Positions 59,101 through 64,000 of a stretch of 64,000 bases of DNA are shown piece after piece. The notes beneath the pieces were generated by a model, which was not told the DNA's origin, made no database searches, and worked only from the letters and a program-made list of their open reading frames with translations. Position 1 is the first letter of the stretch; each line of letters starts with the position of its first letter. Location: positions 124,001 to 188,000 of the forward strand of contig JBEWZL010000227.1 of assembly GCA_045837725.1 (NCBI GenBank), in the 5' to 3' direction. Both the position numbers and the translations under genes were made by a program. The stretch is from Vermamoeba vermiformis. Lineage: Eukaryota.

Positions 59101-60285
59101 TAAAATAAATATGGCAAAATAATATATTTTCTTACGGAATAAATCCAGGCTTGTGCTTGGCTGGGTTGTGATTTCCATGTTCGATCTGAAGTTGAAGGGC
59201 ACCAAGATCTCGTGCTTCTTCCATTGTAGTTGGATAGGAGCCCGTCATTACACCTTCTTTTAACTAAAGCCATCATTAATTTATATTTGTTACAAATATA
59301 TTCGCAATTATTGGCAAGCTCGTTGTTACGCTTGTGAACCAAATATTTTTGATATGGGAACATTAGCGACATTATTATTAATATTAGTATAATATCGCTA
59401 ATATTGCAGTCATGCAATAAATTAACAATTAGGTAAGCGATACAAATTCATTAAAGATTTTTCGGCTTTATGACGTACCTGACCGTAGACCAAATGTAAT
59501 TGCACTGGATCACTAATGTCGACGTTGTTGTACCAAAGACGACGACCCATAAATAAGACGTCCTCTTCCTTGACATCTTGCTCGTACAAGCCTTGGCTAG
59601 CAGTTAACCATTGATCTAAATTGAAAAAATCTTGTTAGTACCTACAATCCGTATTTCATCGTGTAAAAATTAAAATAAATTTAAAAACTAATCAGACTTG
59701 CAAAAGTAACGCCAAAATAAGAAAAGCAAGTTCGCTAGAAATAGATCAAACCAAAAATAATTCGGTACTTACTTTCACTCTTTCCATCAACTCTTAAACC
59801 GTATTCTTCGGGGTTATGAATGCCCAACTTTTCACAAATTACGTTCATAATCTCTAAAACGGTGGTGCTATCATCAACCAAGGCAGTTTTTACACTTTGA
59901 TCAGCAAGCTTAACCTTTATCAATCTGTGCTTCTTTTTGTAGTGTAGGTCCATCTATGAGCATATTTAAATTACTTGTTAGTAAATTTAATACTCGCTAG
60001 GACGGAAAAGTATCACGAGTTCAAGATTCGCATCGGTGGTTTGTTATTTGATAAATAAAAAATTACCCCTGTTTGGATGTCGTAGAATTTAAGCGTGTGG
60101 TTAGGTTTGAGCCATCCAGCTTTAACTCCTTTGCCTGCAGGCCTGAAGATGCCATGATCTTGTCCTCCTTCGGCAAACTTCTCTCTTGCTTCTCGAATGA
60201 CTTCGGCAATTGTAAATTCCAACGGGAACCGAAATGTCTTCGTTGTATTTGATTTGACTGATAGGAGCCTCACAGAAATACTCAT
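50196..60285 (-). CDS. TLN: Talin (FERM head, helical rod, I/LWEQ domain) with Pro/Gly-rich C-terminal extension
   Basis: F0 MSISVRL..., DPVQLHLVYGQ, TYGVSFF, FTFDFGDFESEYYVIQTNEGEAISQMIAGYIDIILK, Ala-rich bundles, WANGLISAAK, EQQMKIMRLEKELNNARKNLFGMRK. Likely 5'UTR intron ~60340-60677. Confidence 0.93.
50200..51050 (-). repeat. Coding PGxGFPPG repeats in the talin tail
   Basis: More than ten GFPP units; GMGFPPGPPKTGMYGSPPTGNGFPPP occurs twice (~50275-50350 and ~50470-50545). Confidence 0.9.
52819..52880 (-). ncRNA. Box C/D snoRNA, family A copy 2, in talin intron
   Basis: ATGATGC...ACCATCTTTCGG-CTGA; terminal stem ATATGC/GCATAT. Confidence 0.85.
53589..53649 (-). ncRNA. Box C/D snoRNA, family A copy 3, in talin intron
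   Basis: ATGATGC..CCTTAGC-TTGA..ATGAAAGCTAAAC..ACCATCTTTCGG-CTGA; closely resembles the kinesin-hosted copy. Confidence 0.85.
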
Positions 60286-60897
60286 TTTAAATTATGCAAT
60301 AACGTGTCAAGTGTTGTTACAACTCCTCGCTGGACGGAGCTAATTAAAATAAGTATTATATTGTACTGTGTGAGTTCCTTCGTAGCTAGGGCGTGATTGA
60401 ATAAAAAAACGAACGTGCCAATATTTTTTTGACATCTTGTCAATCAAATTCGTGAATAAACTTGATAAATTGTGATAGCCGTTTTTTGTTGCGGTTCGAT
60501 TATTCAATGCTCGCACCCGCAACCTACGACCACATTACCATCATGTACCTCGTGTTACATTTACTGCAGTGCAATTAGGAACCAAGTCTACCGACCTCGA
60601 TCGTTAAGCGAGCGATCCAACCGAGGTTACCGTCGCTTATAATTGTGATTAGCCAAATAATCCACGAAGTGACTTACATTGTGTTCCAAGTCTGCAATGG
60701 ATAGCGCGGTCCTTCGCGATCGAATCGCAAATCGGCTAAACGCGGGGAAGCAATCGCACTCAAAATTCTTACCGCCCTCCAAAAAACTAGTTTGGGCGCT
60801 TTCGTCACCTACGGAACTTCGTAGAAGCGCATCCAAGCTCGCTGTAGTCTGTTTTTTATGGCGACTCCAAGTAGTCGCTCGCTTCCGCACCAACCAA

Positions 60898-60981
60898 GAC
60901 GTCGTGACCGAGTGGTTTTAAGGTGGTGGCCTGCTAAGCCATTGGGCTTGTCCCGCATGGGTTCGAATCCCATCGACGTCG
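60898..60981 (+). tRNA. tRNA-Ser(GCT)
   Basis: GACGTCG/CGACGTC acceptor, anticodon arm GTGGC-CT-GCT-AA-GCCAT, long variable arm, GGTTCGAATCC, G73, oligo-T terminator. Confidence 0.95.
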
Positions 60982-61151
60982 AATACTTTTTTGCTTTTAT
61001 CCTGCACCGCAAATCCAAGGACGATGGTTTCCACTCACTTTTGGGCTTTTACTTCAATATTGCCGTTTTTGGATCTAAGTGGATCGAAGTGGTCGATCTG
61101 GTTTTTTTTCGTTTATGTTTTTTTTTTACGAGCTACACAAACACAAACACA

Positions 61152-62367
61152 ATGGGCAAGTTTGATAACAAAGTCGTAATTATTACGGGTGGAGGACAAG
61201 GAATAGGTCGCTGTTTGAGTTTGTCGTATGCCAAAGAAGGAGCAAAAGTAGGTAGGCCAGATTACGGATCCAATTCGCTTCCTATCAATGCCAGGTAATG
61301 TTTCTAACATCCGCTTTAGTAATTGTCGACTTGGACGCGGAAGCCGGTGGAGAAGTGCATCAAATGATTAAAGAAAGCTCTTTGTTTGTTCGAACAGACA
61401 TTGGCGACGAGAACAGCGTGAAAAATTTATTTGCGCAAGGTAATAATTCTATAAAAATTATATCAATTATTATGGCGTCGTCTATTTGCTCTTCTCTAAT
61501 TATTTTTTGCCAGTGAAAGAAAAATATGGAAAAGTCGATATCTTGATCAATAATGCCGTCCATGGAACGTGGATGTGCGATATAATGGACGAGAAAAGCA
61601 TCGAAATATTTGAAAAGGTTATCAACGTGAATGTTAAGTGCGTGTCACATCTGCATTTCGATCAGCTTAGCTAATGATTCCTACTATAGAGGCACTTATA
61701 TGATGGTGAAATATTGCATACCGTTGATGTTGAGGCGTAAGTAGTATAATATTCCAGCGTGTACAAGATTAACTAAAGTTGTTCACAGCCAAGGCAGATG
61801 CGCCCGACGAATACCTTCCTGGTACGAATTTACGCCACCAAATCAATTAATACTAACGCCATATAGGTTCAAATATCATCAACATCGGTTCTACTCGTTC
61901 ATTGATGTCAGAGCCGAATACAGAGCCGTACACCGCGAGCAAGGTACACGGTGTACACCGTCTTACGTCAACTTTGAATCACTAAAACTGACTTGGTTTC
62001 AAAGGGAGCGATAACATCTTTGACCCATGGCTTGGCAGTGTCGTTGTCTAAATATAGAATACGTGTTAATTGTGTTTCTCCTGGCTGGATCGACGTGTCG
62101 AACTGGAAAAAGAGCTCTGTCGCGAAACAAGTACGTGCTCGGTAACGAAAACTCGGGCTTCCCACATTTATTTAACTCTTATTATTGCTTTTAAAGGCTG
62201 AGCTGAAGAAAGAAGATCACGAGCAACATCCTGTTGGTCGCGTTGGAGTTCCTGAGGACATCGCATCTGCCTGTTTTTACCTCTCGCATGAAGACGCTGG
62301 GTTCGTTACAGGTCAAAATATTTTTGTTGACGGAGGTATGACGAAAAAAATGATTTACGTTGAATAA
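61152..62367 (+). CDS. Short-chain dehydrogenase/reductase (classical SDR)
   Basis: [65 protein letters not shown]. Confidence 0.92.
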
Positions 62368-62442
62368 ACCCGAGAGCATTATTAATTACAGCAACGCGAA
62401 ATTTTAATTTTTTTAGCTGTCACAATCCACGACCATAATAGC

Positions 62443-63889
62443 ATGTTACTTCTTAGTAATAAAGTTCGAGAGAAGTATGAGCATAAGGCTTTCTCTAGAA
62501 TAAGTGTAAGCATACCTGATTATTTTCATAAAAAATGTCATTATTTTAATTGGTTGCTTTGTAGGAATATAGCGTGGCTTATCCTGCCGTTGATGATAAA
62601 GGGAAGGAATATTTCGTTAAACAAATAAACGGTTCAATTAGGAATGGACGGATAAGACCTTTGATCTGTCGTGAAATCTTTTTGTTGGAGGAACTGGGGG
62701 ATCATTTCAATATTGTTCAGTTGCACGAAATTATAAAAGATGATCCGCCAAGCGATAGATTGAGCCTGATTTTTGAAAAGGGAGGTAGGCATCCGCGTAG
62801 AAATTAAATTTAATTATTTATTTATTTTAAATTTCTAGGCTATCCTTTAAGCACTCTTATTAATTTTTTTGGCAATAATGACGAAAATAGAGTTCACACA
62901 ATGTATCAACTGCTCTGCGGTCTGAAGTACATCCACAGCGCGGGAATTATTCATTCAGAACTGCGAGTAAGTAGAGTCATTTTTTAGTCATCTTACCTAA
63001 TATATGTATCATTAGCCACAATTTTTGCTTAGAAACAGTGACGATAAGCTTGTAATAACGCATTTTCGACACGCGATGTCAGCCAACAAAAAGCAGCCGA
63101 TCCACGATAAATGCACTTTTCTAATTCAAGAAGATACATGGTATAAGGCTCCTGAATGGTGGTTAAACACTAATAAGTAAGAAAGCGGATTCATTTAAAA
63201 AGCAACAAAAATTGTTGGATGCGACAATTTATTGCTTTCGATTACTTATTTGTTATTTAATTATTATGTACCATAGGGTATCTACTGCGAGCGATATGTG
63301 GGCATTTGGATGTATCGTAGCAGAGGTTTACTTAGCCAAGCCACTATTTAAGAAAACAGCGAATGAAGATCAGCTTAAGAAAATTTTTGAAACGATTGGA
63401 GCACCAAAAGGAGAAGATCTACTATGTTATGATTTGGATTATAGTCTTGAAGAAAAAATTTCAAGCATGGATATCAAGAAAAGCGGATCTCTGCGAGAAC
63501 TATTCGAGAAAAAGCCGTTGGTGCTGGATCTGCTAGAAAAGTTGCTCGAATATAATCCTAGCAAGAGATTAACGGCTGAAGAGGCGTTAAAACATCCTTT
63601 ATTTGAACAATTGCATTTACCAGAGGATGAGCCTCGTTTCGACTTTTCCAAATTTGGAATTGAAGGCGATTGGGAGCGAGCCAGTCTCATTGATATATTC
63701 GACGACAGCAATCAACGGAGGATCGAGATGATTGTTTTAGCTCATAATATCGCAAGAAGTCGGGATGCGTTGGAACTCTTTCCGATCGAGATCTGGGAGC
63801 TCATATTTAAGTTCATTCAGCTGCCAGTTTTTGGTTCATGCCATAAATTAGTCGAGTCCATATTTTCTGAGTGTAAAATGCAACAATAA
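62443..63889 (+). CDS. MAPK/CMGC-like pseudokinase with C-terminal F-box-like motif
   Basis: [35 protein letters not shown] (HRD replaced by HSE), ITHFR (DFG replaced by HFR), TWYKAPE, DMWAFGCIVAE, RLTAEEALKHP; tail VLAHNIARS..LFPIEIWELIFKFIQLP. Confidence 0.85.
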
Positions 63890-64000
63890 ACTTTTAAGTT
63901 TGAAAGATTTGATCGAGGGTTAGGGTTTGCATCCGGTACAAAATAAGATCTACATTCCAATGAACAACGACATGAAAGATTACGGCTCCAAAAATAGGCT

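Noticed and set aside
60680-60730. U1-like loop words on the minus strand (GATCGCGAAG, TCCATTGCAG)
   Set aside because: No ACTTACCTG 5' end, spacing too short and no Sm site; the region fits talin's 5'UTR exon ahead of a GTAAGT donor.
63916-63928. Telomere-like GGGTTAGGG words (also near 30059, 31152 and 31442)
   Set aside because: Only one or two units each; not an array.

Overview
Gene-dense, intron-rich eukaryotic nuclear DNA: short GT-AG introns, CTAAY-type branch points, standard code with mostly TAA stops. Talin, arpin and SMN suggest an amoeboid amorphean protist, but the species cannot be named from sequence. About 20 protein genes: two tandem ABCC transporters, a CENP-E-like kinesin, M20 peptidase, Cys-rich GPI-type surface protein, DUF4139-like protein, F-box protein, a 4xC2-Rab fusion, SMN, an AAA ATPase, arpin, a TspO-like protein, talin, an SDR, three RNI-like LRR genes and a MAPK-like pseudokinase. 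RNA genes: an intronic 5S rRNA, five intronic C/D snoRNAs in two families, tRNA-Ser(GCT), and a tRNA-shaped RNA whose anticodon arm carries a structured insert. Most notable: (1) that tRNA-like RNA, with a compensated elbow and a cryptic UUA anticodon loop; (2) one C-terminal F-box/PRANC-like module shared by three LRR proteins and a dead kinase; (3) the C2-Rab fusion; (4) one snoRNA family spread over introns of unrelated hosts; (5) a recurrent non-coding palindrome TGACACGTGTCA. Gene models and family assignments were made by eye, with no database searches.
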